Shown: in pieces, positions 38,404-52,186 of the stretch
Layout: the number at the start of each line of letters is the position of its first letter
Position numbering within the stretch: position 1 is the stretch's first letter
NCBI GenBank assembly: GCA_043228905.1
Contig: JBHGNT010000003.1
Span: 4,464,001 to 4,528,000, forward strand
Source of the DNA: Azolla caroliniana
Taxonomy: Eukaryota > Plantae > Polypodiophyta
Reading direction: 5' to 3'
DNA: 64,000 nucleotides
Translations under genes and position numbers: made by a program
The notes under the pieces: generated by a model
Seen by the model: the letters and a program-made list of their open reading frames with translations, nothing else
What the model was told of the DNA's origin: nothing
Database searches by the model: none

Positions 38404-38939
38404 TGTTGGAAATATGTCCCTCTAGTGGGAGGATGATCCGACTGTTCGAAAAACCAACAGTTGAAGAGTCGGAAATTAGGAGCCGAGTTCGGGAGACTAT
38501 ACTTGTAAATAGTCTAAGTGTGCGCCCCATGAGGGCTACGTATGTAAATAACCAGAAAGTTGCGTAAGTATATATGCAACTAGGGCAAACTTTTAGGAGG
38601 AGTGTGATGAATAGAGAACGGTGCGTATGTGCAGAACTGTGTAGAACGCGAGTGAGTGTATGAGAGAGAAGTGTGAGCCGCGCCATAGCTGTGTTTGTAA
38701 CAACAGACGCGAAGAGCCCTGCGTGGCTGATACACTCGACAGAGTGTTGTATTTCTCTCGGGGTTGTATATCCACTATACTATAGTGAAGATTCTGTTCA
38801 CCCGTGGTTTTCCCCATTTTAGGGTTTCCACGTAAGTCTCTGTGTATATTCGTCTATCTTGTCTTTCTCGCATCTTGGTGTGATTCGTAGTTCAGCTTCG
38901 TCTAATTATTGTGATTAATTCCGCAACGATTTCTCATCA
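38404..38939 (+). mobile_element. Solo LTR (copia-like, 536 bp)
   Basis: TG...CA termini, TSD CCAAA on both sides, CCCGTGGTTTTCCC...GGGTTTCCACGT motif. Inserted in the YLDD codons of Tcn1 #1 RT. Confidence 0.9.
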
Positions 38940-39363
38940 CCAAATACATGATCAAACAAATATCCACGAGATCTCGGAATATATGCTGGAAGACTGATGG
39001 CGCATTAGTGAGACTAAATGGCATAACCGTATACTTGAAGTGCCCATATATGGTGCGAAACACGGTCTTCCATTAATCTCTTGGTCGGATCCGTACGAGG
39101 TTATATGCTCCTCGTAAGCCGATCTTTGCGAAGAACTTTGCACCATTGATCCATCCTAAAAGACTTGAGATAAGGGGAAGTGCATACCTATTCCTGATGG
39201 TGACCTTATTCAAGCATCGGTAATCTACGACGAGACGAAGTGATCCATCCTTTTTCTTGACAAAGAAAATGGGTGCACCGGCTGGAGATTTCGAATGTCG
39301 AATGAAACCGTTTGCCAAATTCTCCTCTACGTAGGCTCGAAGGAATTCTAGCTCGGTTGGTGA

Positions 39364-40118
39364 TGACGGGAACTTGTCGTTCCTTATGCGCAACGCTCGG
39401 CCACAACCGAGATTCTTTTCATACACAGAAAACAGGAAACAAAAAAAAACACGACAGAAAGGAGAGGAAGATACACAGGAGGTTTACGTGGAAAACCCCA
39501 AACTAGGGGAAAAACCACGGCAGCCCACAGGCTGCAAACTGTCACTATGTAAGAATGTACAAAACAGTGAGTTCACGGAGGCAACGACCTCGGACTCACT
39601 CGCCACAGGCGGCGGTTACAACAGAGGCAGCGACCTCTTTCTCTCTCTCTCTCTGTACAACGTTACATACTGTCTCTACTTCTTGCACCAACAAGAAAAA
39701 TAACAACAAAAACATAATATTAGTTTGCCCTAAGTCATATTTATACTAATATGACTTTTCGGCTATTTACAAATATAGCCACAATGGGCTCTCAGAAACA
39801 TATTTACGAATATGTCTCTTCATCCGGTTCATACCGGGTCTGCACCATCCGGCTCTCCGTAGCCGGGTACTCCTCATCCGGTTCATACCGGGCCTGCACC
39901 ATCCGGCTCTCCGTAGCCGGGTACTCCTCATCCGGTTCATACTGGGCCTGCACCATCCGGCTCTCCGTAGCCGGGTACTCCTCATCCGGTTCATACCGGG
40001 CCTGCACCATCTGGCTCTCCGTAGCCGGGGTCCTCCTCATACGGTTTCGGCCTCGGCCGAGTTTGTTCATCGTCACTGATCTTCTCCCTTCCCATCCGGA
40101 GGGACCTGTCTCCCAACA
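39364..40118 (-). mobile_element. Solo LTR of the 54-bp-repeat family
   Basis: TSD GGTGA on both sides; TGTTGGGAGA...CCCGTCA on minus; about 4 repeat units. Confidence 0.92.
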
Positions 40119-41036
40119 GGTGACAAGTTGTAGATTAGTCCCCATGGTGGCTCTTTTCCCGGTTGTAAATCAATGGGACAATCATATGGTCAGTGGTGAG
40201 GAAGCGTACCGGCTTGTACCTTATCGAACACATCGACATAATGACGATACTTCTCTGGAAGTTGAATTGTGGATTCCTCTTTAGTGGTGTTGGAAGGTTT
40301 TACTAATACCGCGAAGACAAACATTGCTTCCTTGCGTCCTTCCTCACGCAATTGTTGTAGCGAAATGGTTGCAATCTTATGAGTAGGTCCATGGGTTTGT
40401 TGATATCGGATTTCTCTTGTTCTCCAATCTATGTCTAGGTTATGTAATTCGAACCATGGTAACCCCAAGACAATTGGATGATTTAGACTGCTAATTATCT
40501 ACGACAGCCCTAATTGGCTCTAACTCTTCTACGATATTTCTGGAAGCAATGGGACGACCATCAATAATTATTACAGATGTTGGGCAAGAAAGTTTTCTTA
40601 GGGATATCTGATGAGCTTGGGCAAAACCCGAGCAAAATTCCTATCCATGAAGCAAGAGTTGGCTCTAGAATCTAAGAGTGCTAAGACATGTACTGGAGGA
40701 GTACTTTTAGTATTAACCATTACTTGAGCTAAGAACACATTGCTAACTTGCTTAGAGGGAATGAAACCACTAATGGGTTGCACAGATCTAGGGCTGTCCA
40801 ACCAAACAACTCATATTTTGGTTGGACTTAGTCATTTAACTCTTTTCTAATAGGCGAAGGACTTCAAATTTGTTCGATAGATTTGGGCTATTAGTACTAT
40901 TAGAACTATCAGAAATTTCTAATGAAATAGATTAGTACAAGCTACTACATTTACCTAACTTCTTGGCCTATGTGGATAGTTTACTACGATATGCCCTGGC
41001 CCTCCGTAATAGAGACATAATCGATTTGCTCGACGT

Positions 41037-44000
41037 TGTCATAAAGATCCGTTACTATGTGCGGATCGTGAGACGGAACCGCTGGGGTTCTGGATCGGAA
41101 GGCTCGAAGTACGCACTAGCTTTAGCGAGAAAGGATTTAAGAGAGATTGAGATAAGATAGAATGCTTAACTTTAGATTGAGAGAGATTAAAATTGAACTC
41201 TTGACTTTAGATTTGAAGAACAAGATTGATACATCAATTGGATAACAAATTTCTTACTTTTAATTTCTTGATTAATACATCGCTCCCCCTTTTTGATCTT
41301 TTTCATCCACCCTTTTATAGATGCTCCCATGCATATGATGCATGTGAGGGTACAAGACATGCATACAATGCATGGAATGCATGTATGCATGTTTGCCATT
41401 TGGCGCTCATGCATCACATGTCACTCAATCAAGCTCTAATATGAGAATTTACATGTAACATTATAATGATAAAAATATAATCCCTAAAGAAATGGTTTGG
41501 CTTAATGGTAAGCCTATTGCTTCCTATCTTGGAGGTGCTAATTTTGAGTCTTACCTACATCTTTTTCTTTTATGCACAAAATACTATTAGGCTTTTGGAC
41601 CAAATATCTTTAAGACTCCATGCACTGCGATCAACCAACCCGACCGATCCGTCCGATTTGCATCCGTTTGGTCCGGCTCAGTCCGCATCCCAAGTTGCTT
41701 CCCGGTCCCCGACACACCGGCTCCGTCGCTGGTCGCCACCTGTTTCGGTTGGCCAAAAACTTTTACAAGTAGCTAGGCCACACCCACTCATCCAATTAGC
41801 TTAGTTCAAGTGACCTTGACCTCTCTATGCTCAACACATAAATATAAAGATAATAACTTTTGGTCTGCCTTATATATGGTAAGATCCTTATTTGTCCTGT
41901 CTATGTGGGATATCTCACAGTTTTATATTTCTCTTTTCCTTTGCAAACTTCCTACCCTCATAACTTGAGACTTGGATGTCTGTTTCTTATGTAGTAAAGT
42001 GCATTCGAAAGCTCTTAAAGACCTCCATCTTTTTGTACTAAGATATTAAACTTATTTAAAATAGTATTTTCATTATTATTGTTTTATATGATTCATACTC
42101 GATTTCGTATGTTTTATGCGATTTTCACACCATTGCCGAAAATCTTCACGACATCCACCCCCACCAAACCGCACGTCCTCCAGTACGTGCCAAGAAGAGA
42201 GAATGTGAGATTTTGGCAATGGTGATCAGCATGACTACTCAACGTCGAGCATGTTTGTTTCTTTGTACTCGAATCATTGTTGCCACCCAATCCACCATAT
42301 CATTCGTTTTTTCTTTGTTTTACCATGACTTGTTGTCATGGCCCTTGGCCCTCTTCTTGAGGATAATCGTTTAAGTCTCATGAATGTTCCACTTTTGTCT
42401 CGATTGTCTCCTTTCTCAAGGCACTTTGACTCGTTCACAGTAGAGTCTTTGATAGATTTTTTTATCACATCCTTTGGATCCTCATGGCTCATTTGGCCAT
42501 CGCCATCCCTTGTCATATTTTGCTCAAACTCTTTGTTGCACACATCAGCTTTAACCCTTGGTTCTTCCCCGTCACTATCCTTCTCTTGGGTCTTACATCG
42601 ATTAATGCCCAAGTCTTTAGAATGAGTGTGGAGGGACCCATACATTTCCATCGGCCACCTTTTTCGTGCGGCACTTAGCCATTTCCATCTTAAAGTTGTT
42701 CGAATTAGTATTGACCTTTACTTCCTTGCTGCCAGCTTCCGTCTCTTTGGTCTTACATCGGTTAATGCCCAAGTCTCTAGAACTAGTGCGAGGAAAGGCT
42801 TTTCATGGCCATTCACCATCTTCGCCTTGACGTCATTTTCCATAGCTATTCCTTCAAACTCATGGGCCTCGTACCCATCGATCCTTTTTATTGAACAATC
42901 CTTTATTATGCTTCTCTCTTCGTCGCATGTATTAGTTTCGACCTTCAGTTATTCTCCATCACCTCCCGTCTCTTGGGTCTTACATCGGTTCTCGGACGCA
43001 ATTGCTCAAGTCTCTGGAACAAGTGTGGAGAAAATTTGGCCGTTGTCATTGGCTGTATTATCTTGGTCCTTCTCTTCCTTTTCACCACCATCCGTCTCTT
43101 GGGTCTCACGTTGGTTCCCACACACAACTGCCTAAGTCTCTAGATGAAGTGTTAGGAAAGTCTCCACATGACCATCCGTCATCGACTCGTTCATAGCCAT
43201 CTCTGATTGGATGTCGTTTTTTGTGGCCATCTCTTCAATCTCATGGGCCTTGCACCCATTGACCCTCTTGATCGAATAAGCTTCGATCATGCTTCTCTCT
43301 TCGTCGCATGTATTCATTTCGACCTCCGGCTCCTCGCCGACACCTTCTATCTCTTGGGTCTCACGTTGGTTCTTTGACACAACTGCCCAAGTCTCCGGAG
43401 CATGTGTGGAGAAAACCCGGTCATGATCGTTGTCGACGCTTATTGTCTTGTTCATAGTTGCCTCCTCGATGTTGATTTCAATGGCAAGATCCTTCATCAT
43501 GTTGATCTCACACTCTTTATCTCCCTTAATGCAAGTTTCGATTTGGCTTGCTCCATCATCCGTTGTTTAGAACACGACGCATGTTCCGAAACATTTGTCC
43601 TCCTTTGAAATGGCCGTCATCGTCCTCGAGTCATCATCAATCTTCTTTTTATGTTGGATGCGTTATTTAGGCGTCTCGACTTCTTTAGATGGTTTTGATT
43701 TTTCTACGCTTGGTCTTACCAAGTCAATATCATCGAGCCATCGATGATGCTTGTCGATCTTGTTGCATGCTTGCTTAACCGCAACCCAGTCCGCCACAAG
43801 CCTATTCGCTTGGGTATCATCTTCGAGGAGAGTCCCCAACTCTCGCCTATCCTTCCTATCCACGACCTTTAGGAAGTACAAAGTTTTGTCCTACTCAAGT
43901 AGCACTTGGTCTGTGGCGGGGAGACAACGAAACATTTGGTCCAATTCGTCGTACACCCTCGAGGCGCTCATCTTCTTATTTTTCTTCTCTATCCACTTCA

Positions 44001-46159
44001 TCAAGGCATGTCAAGTCACCCTCGACAAATCCTCCGTCGCAAACTCCGCTAATATCGCTTTCTCGAACTCCGACCACGTTATCTTCCCTACTTGAAGCTC
44101 GATGATGCGCCTTTGGCTGTTACTGGCGACCACTCTCTTGAAACTCGTGATTTGACATGCTTCAGACACGTCCCTCTGATTCATCTCCCTTCTATATGCA
44201 TCAAGGAACTTTGTAATGTTCCTTCCATCAAATTGACCCTCGATCTCAATGACACGGTCGACAACCTTCTCCATGCTCGCATCGTTGTCTCGAGATCTCA
44301 TCATTTGTTCGACGATCAACATCATCCTTTCAAACTCTCCCACTTGGTTGCTTGAGGATGCCATCTCCAAGTTTCGGTTGATCCTCGACTTGATCCTTCC
44401 TGCCGCTTCTTTCACGTCGGGTTCACCACTTAATTATGTCGTGAAGATCCTTCACTATGTGCGGATGGTACGGCGGAACCGCCAGGGTTCTGGACCGGAA
44501 GGCTCGAAGTACGCACTAGCTTTAGCAAGAAAGGATTTAAGATAGATTGAGAGAGAGAGATTGAGATAAGATAGAACGCTTGACTTTAGATTGAGAGAGA
44601 TTAAGTTTGAACTCTTGACTTTAGATTTGAAGAACAAGATTGATACATCAATTGGATAACAAATTTCTTACTTTTAATTTCTTGATTAATACATTGCTCC
44701 CCCTTTTTTATCTTTTTCATCCACCCTTTTATAGATGCTCCCATGCATATGATGCATGTGAGGGTACAAGACATGCATACAATGCATGGAATGCATGTGA
44801 TGCATGTTTGCCATTTGGTATTCATGCATCACATGTCACTCAATCAAGCTCTAATCAGAGAATTTACATGTAACATTATAATGATAAAAATATAATCCCT
44901 AAAGAAATGGTTTGGCTTAATGGTAAGCCTATTGATTCCGATTTGCATCCGTTTGGTCTGGCCCAGTCCGCATACCGAGTCGCTTGTCGGTCACCGCTCA
45001 TCGGCTCATCGGCTCCGTCGCCGAATGCCACCGGTTTTGGTTGGCCAAAAACTTTTACAAGTAGTTAGGCCACACCCACTCCTATCTTTAAGACTCCATG
45101 CACCGCGATCAACCAACCTGACCAAACCGTCCGATTTGCGTCCGTTTGGTCCGGCCCAGTCCACATACCGAGTCACTTGGTGGTCACCGGTTGTTGGCTC
45201 ACTGGCTCCGTCGCTAGTTGCCGTTGGTTTTGGCTAGGCCAAAAACTTTTACAAGTAGCTAGGCCTCCTATCTTGGAGGTGCTAAGTTTGAGTCTTGCTT
45301 ACATCTTTTTCTTTTATGTTCAAAATACTATTAGGCTTTTGGACCAAATATCTTTAAGACTCCATGCACCGCGATCAACCAACCCGATCGATCCGTCTGA
45401 TTTGCATCCGTTTTGTCTGGCCCAGTCCGCATACCGAGTCGCTTGGCAGTCACCGGTTGCCGGCTCACCGGCTCCGTCGCTGGTTGCCGCTGGTTTTGGC
45501 TAGGCCAAAAACTTTTACAAGTAGCTAGGCCTCCTATCTTGGAGGTGCTAAGTTTGAGTCTTCCTTACATCTTTTTCTTTTATGTTCAAAATACTATTAG
45601 GCTTTTGGACCAAATATCTTTAAGACTCCATGCACCGCGATCAACCAACCCGACCGATCCGTCTGATTTGCATCCGTTTGGTCCGGCGCAGTCTGCATAC
45701 CGAGTCGCTTGCCTGTCACTAGTCGCCGGTTCACCGGCTTTGTCGCCGATTTTGGTTGGCGAAAAGCTTTTACAAGTAGCTAGGCCACACCCACTCATCC
45801 AATTAGCTTAGTTCAAGTGACCTTGACTCTCTATGCTCCACACAGACACACAAAGATAATAGCTTTTGTTTTGCCTTATATATGATAAGATCCTTATTTG
45901 TCCTGTCTATGTGGGATATCTCACAGTTTTATATTTCTCTTGTCCTTTGCAAACTTCCTACCCTCATAACTTGAGACTTAGATGTCCGTTTCTTATGTAG
46001 TAAAGTGCATTCGAAAGCTCTTTAAGACCTCCATCTTTTTGTACTAAGATATTAAGCTTATTTCAAATAGTATTTTCACTATTATTGTTTTATATGATTC
46101 ATACTCAATTTTATATGTTTTATGCGATTTTTACACCATTGCCGAAAATCTTCACGACA
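41037..46159 (-). mobile_element. Non-autonomous Gag-only Gypsy element D
   Basis: TSD ACGT. LTRs 44437-46159 (internal duplications) and 41037-42153. tRNA-Trp PBS at 44412-44428 and PPT at about 42154-42170. The gag N-terminus GQFDGRNITKFLDAY is homologous to B; no PR/RT/IN. Confidence 0.88.
42274..44361 (-). pseudogene. Degenerate gag capsid region fused to a repetitive acidic tail (element D)
   Basis: MASSSNQVGEFERMM...FLKVVDRKDRRELGTLLED aligns to B gag (FLRAVDVRDRKDLGVLLED). It is followed by repeated PETWAVV..NQRETQE-like modules with stops. Confidence 0.65.
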
Positions 46160-46525
46160 ACGTCATTGCTTTTCTTCTTCTGACAATGGACCACGACGAC
46201 GTGTGGTGTCGATTTTCATCGGTGTTGGAGTATTTTCCGGAGATGCATTGTATGACTCCCTTACAAATGGTTTTGTTGCGACCGAGGCGTATGTGGGCTC
46301 TGACCTAGTCCTTGGCATTTGTAATTGGTGTTCCGAACATCGCTCGAAAAGCCGGTTATCGTATCTTACCGCTCGACAGATTGCCTCTGTGAGTGATTTT
46401 GGTTCTTCAGGTAAAGTCAGGAGTAAGTCTTTGACATCATTTTGTAGGCCATATTGAAATTGTTCCATTAATGTTTGATCATCCCAGGGGATATTAGAGG
46501 CGAGTAGATGGAAATCTTCCACTTG

Positions 46526-47287
46526 TGTCATGCCTTTCAGCGTCGAATCGTTGTGTGAGTCGGGTGGGAACCGTTGGGGTTTTGGACTAGGAAGAGGAAG
46601 CATTTGAGACGATTTTAATTATGAATAGATTATTATAAACTTGTGAATCCCACAAGTATAATATATTTTATTAATCAATATTTAGATAAGAATATGTATT
46701 TAGATGGAAAGAAAGATATAAGAAACTTGTGAATCCCACAAGTATAGATTATATTATTTTCGTGAATCCCACGATTATATTAATTGGTTGGTGTTTTCGG
46801 AAATATATCCAATTTCCAAGTATTTCACACACCTTTTTATATTGTGCTCCCCATCCTTATGTAGTGATGAAGGAGTCTTAGTAATCCATGTTTTTTTTTC
46901 TCTAACTATAGACTCCATGCTTTTCCTATAGATAGACTATATGCTTTATCTAAAGTGATCATGCTTTTGCTAACTTGTGCATTTTTTTATCAACTATAAC
47001 GTTCATGCACGCTAGATGTGCATGCGTAGCTTTTTCTTTTAGCATGCGTTTTCTTTTAACTAAAGTTTATCCTAGGTGAACTAACCTTTCTATGTGGAAC
47101 ATCTACTTTTTAATACTAATGAAATGCTAGTGTAATGGTAAGGTTTCACATTATTAACATGGAGGTGCAAGGTTCAAATCTTTTTTTTGCATGTTATATA
47201 TATTTTAATATTTTCTACTATTTATTCATATTTATTAAATCGGCACTTTATAAGTTTTTCATGTAGTGTACAAAATACACTACGACA
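46526..47287 (-). mobile_element. Single LTR related to element B (B')
   Basis: Termini match LTR B (TGTCGTAGTGTA... / ...AAAGGCATGACA on minus). ACGT on one flank only; the other flank CAAGTGG resembles a PBS start. Confidence 0.8.
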
Positions 47288-50200
47288 ACGTATGCGGAGG
47301 CAAGACAATCACCTTGATGTAATCGTCAGATTTTGTTGATTGCCATCCTTATACTATCAATATCTCCAAAACAAGCTTTAAAATCGCTTATAAACTCCTC
47401 AAATTTATTTAGTAATGGAGATTCCTTTTCTAACAACGGAGCGAACCATGCAAAAGCGGAGCAACTTAGCAACGTGCCTACTAGACCCACTCTTGATGCA
47501 TTGGTGGGATATCGGGAAGGATGCATTTGAATGACTAATTGTACCTGATTAAGGAATCCTCTGAACTGTGATCACGTTCCATCGAATTTCATAGGAAGGC
47601 CGATCTTGGGTTCTTTATGAATCCCTTATGTACTTGGTCCTTGTTGTTGCAACGCTATAGTGGTTGCTTCAAGTTGTTGCACGCGTAAAGCTAGTTCCCC
47701 ATGTTGTTGTTGTGTTTGCTGCTTTTCTAAGGAGATTTGTTGAAGATCCCCCAACAGCCGTTGATTTTCTTGTTCCAATCCGAGAAACTTTTGTTTCAAG
47801 CATTGCAACTATGAGAAAATGAATTGATATTCTTGAACGCTAATAGTTGCTATAGTATTAGAGAAAGGAGGGATAAGTAAGAAGATAGAAGGAAGGAGGA
47901 AAATCGGTTCAAACTGTCAGGAATAGTATTAAGACATAGACGGAATTAGTACTAAAAGATGAGGGTTAGTACTAAGAGGGGTGTAGAACTCTCGGGAGAA
48001 GGAGAGAGAGAGGAGAGAGAGAGAGAACAATGATAACAAAACATATATATTAAATATGAAGAGAATATACACGAATAGCTAGGAGGTTGAAGACTGGCGT
48101 TGAACTGATTTGGTTCTCAATAATGCCATGTGCCTCTTTTTATAGTGGCTTAGGAATACTCTTGACATTTCTAGAATGTTCCAGAGAAATCAAAATATAC
48201 ATGGATTTCCTAAGTGAAATAATAAATGGAAATAATATTCTTTGTATTACAATGTATAACTTAATGGTAAGGCTTCAACCCATGTGACACAAGGTCATGG
48301 GTTTAAATCCATTTGAAGCAATACCATGCTATATCATGACAGCGCCAAGTTTGGTAGATCGGGTGGCGTCGGTGGATCGACGAGCACCAGTAAGTATGGT
48401 GGATCGGATAGAGTCGGTGGTTCGGGTGGAGAGGTTGGACGAGCTCGAAGTGGAGAGACAAGGGCAACGATGGAGACGAGCTCCCAACAGAGGACGAGGT
48501 CGGCCCGAGAGTCGATAGTTCAGGACCGTCAACAACTGGCACAGATATGGGGTGTTGGTTCGGCGGCAGACTCGGTTGATCACCATCACGAGAATCCTGC
48601 ATCTACTCTTCCCATTCTTGGCACATTCCAGTGGATGTGCGGTTTGGTGGGGGTGGATGTCATGAGGATTTCTAGGAAGAAATAAAGGGAAATTGTAAGG
48701 GTGCACGAGAGGTAGTGAGGAATAAGTGTCTTGTGTACATTAGTGCACTTACATATGTAGTGGGTGTGTGAAAGTGAGGATGTTTAATGTACCTCTCCGG
48801 AAATCGAGAGGAATATTTGACCGACTTGTAACGTATCTCCCTCCTTGGGTTATAAAAGGAGCGTTAGAGTCTCCTATTTGGGGGTTCCCCATTTTTGGTG
48901 TTTTTCTTCTCTCTCTCTCTCTCTCAGTTTAGGGGTCCCATTTTGTTTGTGTCAAGTGCGTTTTGGTGTTTAGGGATTAGTCTGGCTCAAGCTCATATGC
49001 TTTGAAGGTTTCAGTTCTGCCCTATCTTCTGTGCAAGACCCCACTCGGCGTGACAAGCTCGATATCTCCCCGATTGGGGGCTTGGCGGTAGACAATTGTT
49101 GTAATCTGGATTGCAGGATCCGACACAAAGCCAAAATTCTATTATGTTGTTCTGTAAATAAATATATACAAAGGGTTGTCTATATCTGTCTTTGTCGGTG
49201 TTGAATGTGTTTCTCTTCCTCTCCGATTGTTGTACATAGGAAGTGTGTGTTGCGCGCGTGTTTTCTATCTCACTCATTCGGCTACTTCTGGTCCGTATCC
49301 AGAAATGCTCCGGTCGGCGCCACAGTCGGTGTAACCGGTAGTGGCGAAGCTCGGTCTCCCATCATCCATCTTTTCCTGGTCTGAGACCCTGGTGATCCCG
49401 CCCTCGTTTCAACACATACTCGCGGATTTCCACAACATAACGTCTCCTCGGTTCGTTGCCCGGGGAGTGCATGGCCAAGTCTTCAATTCGTTGAATACGA
49501 CGTCTCGGCTCACTCATACCTGTTTGGTCTGGGGGTTGTAGAACTTATACCCTGTCTGTTCATGTGAGTAACCGATTAGTATGCACTTTTCTGACTTGGC
49601 ATCCAACTTCTTCCGCTTCTCATCCTTATACATCCACATATGCTATGCTACCGAATACCCTAAGGTGCTTCACATTCAGCTTGCGCCCGAAATATAGCTC
49701 GTGAGCTAACACCTTTTCTCTGGTTGTCGAAATTCGATTTTGGATATATACTATCATCCGAACAGCTTCAGCCCAATAAAATTTCTGCATGCTCTTCTCC
49801 TCCAGCATTGCCCTTGTCCTTTCGATAATCGATTGTTTTTTTCTGTGAGGCTACGTAGTTCTTCTCTGGCGTATATCTACAATTGAATTCTCGCTGAATT
49901 CCCATCTGTTGTAGATAACAGTTGAACTGGCCGGAAAAGTATTCTTTCCCGCAATCTGACCCCAGACACTTGATTTTCCAACCTGTTTCCCTTTCAACAA
50001 GATTTTGCAAGTTCCAGAAATAGGAGAAGACCTCGCTCTTCTTCTCTATCAGGTAAATCCACGTGTGTCAACTATAGTCATCGATGAAGGAAATGAAGTA
50101 TCAACCCCTGCCTAAGCTCACATTCTGTATCAGTCCCCATACATCCGAATGTATCAAGTTGATCTTGTTGCGGCTCCGATTATGCTCATTGGGAAATGAA

Positions 50201-50943
50201 AGTCGGTGTTGCTTCCCTAGCTGGCAGGCTTCACAAACTTGGGCCTTCCAGCCACTGAACTTCGGCAAACCGAATACAACTTGTTTCATTTGCAATTCTT
50301 GAAGCCTTTGGTAGTTGATGTGGCCATGCGACAAGTCAATATCCGATTCGACTTTTTGTCCCTTAGCGAGCAATGCAGCGCTGACGTCATTTGTATCGAG
50401 GATAAACGTCCTCCCTTCCCGCCCTTTGGTAGTTGACGTGACCAATCTGCTTATGCCACAAGTCGATATCCGATTGGACATTTTGTCCCTTAGCGAGCAA
50501 TGTGGTGTCGACGACATTTGTATCGAGGATAAACATCTTCCCTTCCCGATGCCCTTTGTCACAAAATGTCAATATGAAGATTTGAACTTGTAACCTTTAA
50601 ACAAGGGTCTTACACTTTAACCAACTTATTTTAATTAACAAATGTATTTTCATATTATTATTATTCAAGAACTATGGAGCACTAAACATAGTAGATGACC
50701 GCCAAATGGCATGCACACATGTATGCCAAGTGGCACATAGCATGTATGCCAAATGGCGATCATCCACAATCCGATGTATAGTATATAAGTTGAAGATACT
50801 ACACTTGATCTTAGCCAAAATGGTATTGTTGATCACACAATACATTTATGCTATTGTTGTTTATACAGGTTTTAGGAGTTGCACGAATAGATGCATGATG
50901 TAGAAATGAAGCACATTGTTGATGTGCAAAATGAAGAGATTAG

Positions 50944-51603
50944 TGACAGGAACTCAAACGCTCCTTATGCACAACGCTCGGCCACAACCGAGCTTAGAAT
51001 CATACACAGAAAACGGGAAATAAACCACGACACGAAGAAGAAACGAGTGCACAGGATGTTTACGTGGAAAACCCAAAGAGGGAAAAAACCACGACAGCCC
51101 ACAGGCTGCAAACTATCACTATGCCAGAATGTACACCAGTGAGTTCACGGAGGCAACGACCTCGTGCTCACGATCCTCGACACAGGCGGCGGTTACAACA
51201 GAGGCAACGACCTCTTTCTCTCTCTCTCTCTGTACACTGTTACGCACTCACTCTATTCTTGCACCAACAAGAATGACAACCACGACTACAAGTTTGCCCT
51301 AAGTCATATTTATACTAATATGACTTTTCGGCTATTTACAAATATAGCCTCAATGAACTCTCAGAAACATATTTACGAATATGTCTCTTCATCCGGTTCT
51401 CACCGGGTCTGCACCATCCGGCTCTCCGTAGCCGGGTACTCCTCATCTGGTTCTCACCGGGTCTGCACCATCCGGTTCTCCGTAGCCGGGTACTCCTCAT
51501 CCGGTTCTCACCGGGTCTGCACCATCCGGTTTCGGCCTCAGCCGAGTTTGTTCATCGGCACTGTTCTTCTCCCTTCCCATCCGGAGGGACCTGTCTCCCA
51601 ACA
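50944..51603 (-). mobile_element. Solo LTR of the 54-bp-repeat family
   Basis: TSD ATTAG on both sides. Confidence 0.92.
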
Positions 51604-52186
51604 ATTAGGAGGAGTATCACGACAGGTTCAAAATGGTATAAATTGAGATAGGTGATGTGGTATTGAAGCAATTTGTCAGTGAGAATGGTGGTGGTATGGG
51701 CTGAAGCAAGGTTTGATGTGGGGGCATGTTTTAATTTCATGGTGATGATTGATGATGGCGGTAAGAATTGAAGCATGTGTCCCGTTTTGTTGTTGTTTGT
51801 TTGACAGGACCTTGATGGTAATCGGTTAATAGGTGAGATGTTGGATGGGACTGAATGAAGCAGTTTTTTCTCTGATAAGGATGAGTGAAGACGGTGGGGG
51901 GGTCGAAGCCGATTATGATGAGTGGGTGAGGAAACTTGTAAACTATTTTTGTGTTGTTAATACAGGTTTTGCGTGGACATTGGCAAGATGCTAGTCGACG
52001 AGTTGGCTGATATGGACTGAAGGAAGAATTTTTATGAGATAAGGATGAGTGAAGATGGTGGTGGGGTCGAAGTTGAATAGCATGAGTGGGTGGGGAAATT
52101 TTTGTACTGAGTTCTATTGATTATGCAGGATTTTAGTGGACTTTGGCAAGATGCTGCAACATGCTAATCACCGAGATGGCTGAAGT

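Larger units (their letters stand above)
35609..48341 (-). mobile_element. Tcn1-like chromovirus #1 (degenerate, with four nested insertions)
   Basis: LTRs 35609-36031 and 47915-48341; gag, PR (LLDSRANSCF), RT (PIFFVKKKDGSLRLVVDYR, YLDD), RNase H, integrase (ISLDFI, HPQTDGQT) and chromodomain (EYEVATILDSK, about 36100-36260). Flanks do not form a TSD. Confidence 0.9.
34448..49437 (+). mobile_element. Gypsy-type element E: internal remnant 34448-35608 and 48342-48657, 3' LTR 48658-49437
   Basis: Pre-PPT GGCACATTCCAGTGGATGTGC plus GGTGGGGGTGGA before TGTCA. The LTR shares GTGCAAGACCCCACTCGGCG with LTR C, and the internal repeats resemble element D. Joining the two parts into one element is inferred. 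Confidence 0.6.

Noticed and set aside
38399-38944. Solo LTR inserted exactly in the RT YLDD codons
   Set aside because: A single event with no evidence of targeting.
50320-50556. ~120-bp tandem duplication in the copia GAG-pre-integrase region; 32-bp duplication at 10518-10590
   Set aside because: Ordinary local duplications in decaying sequence.
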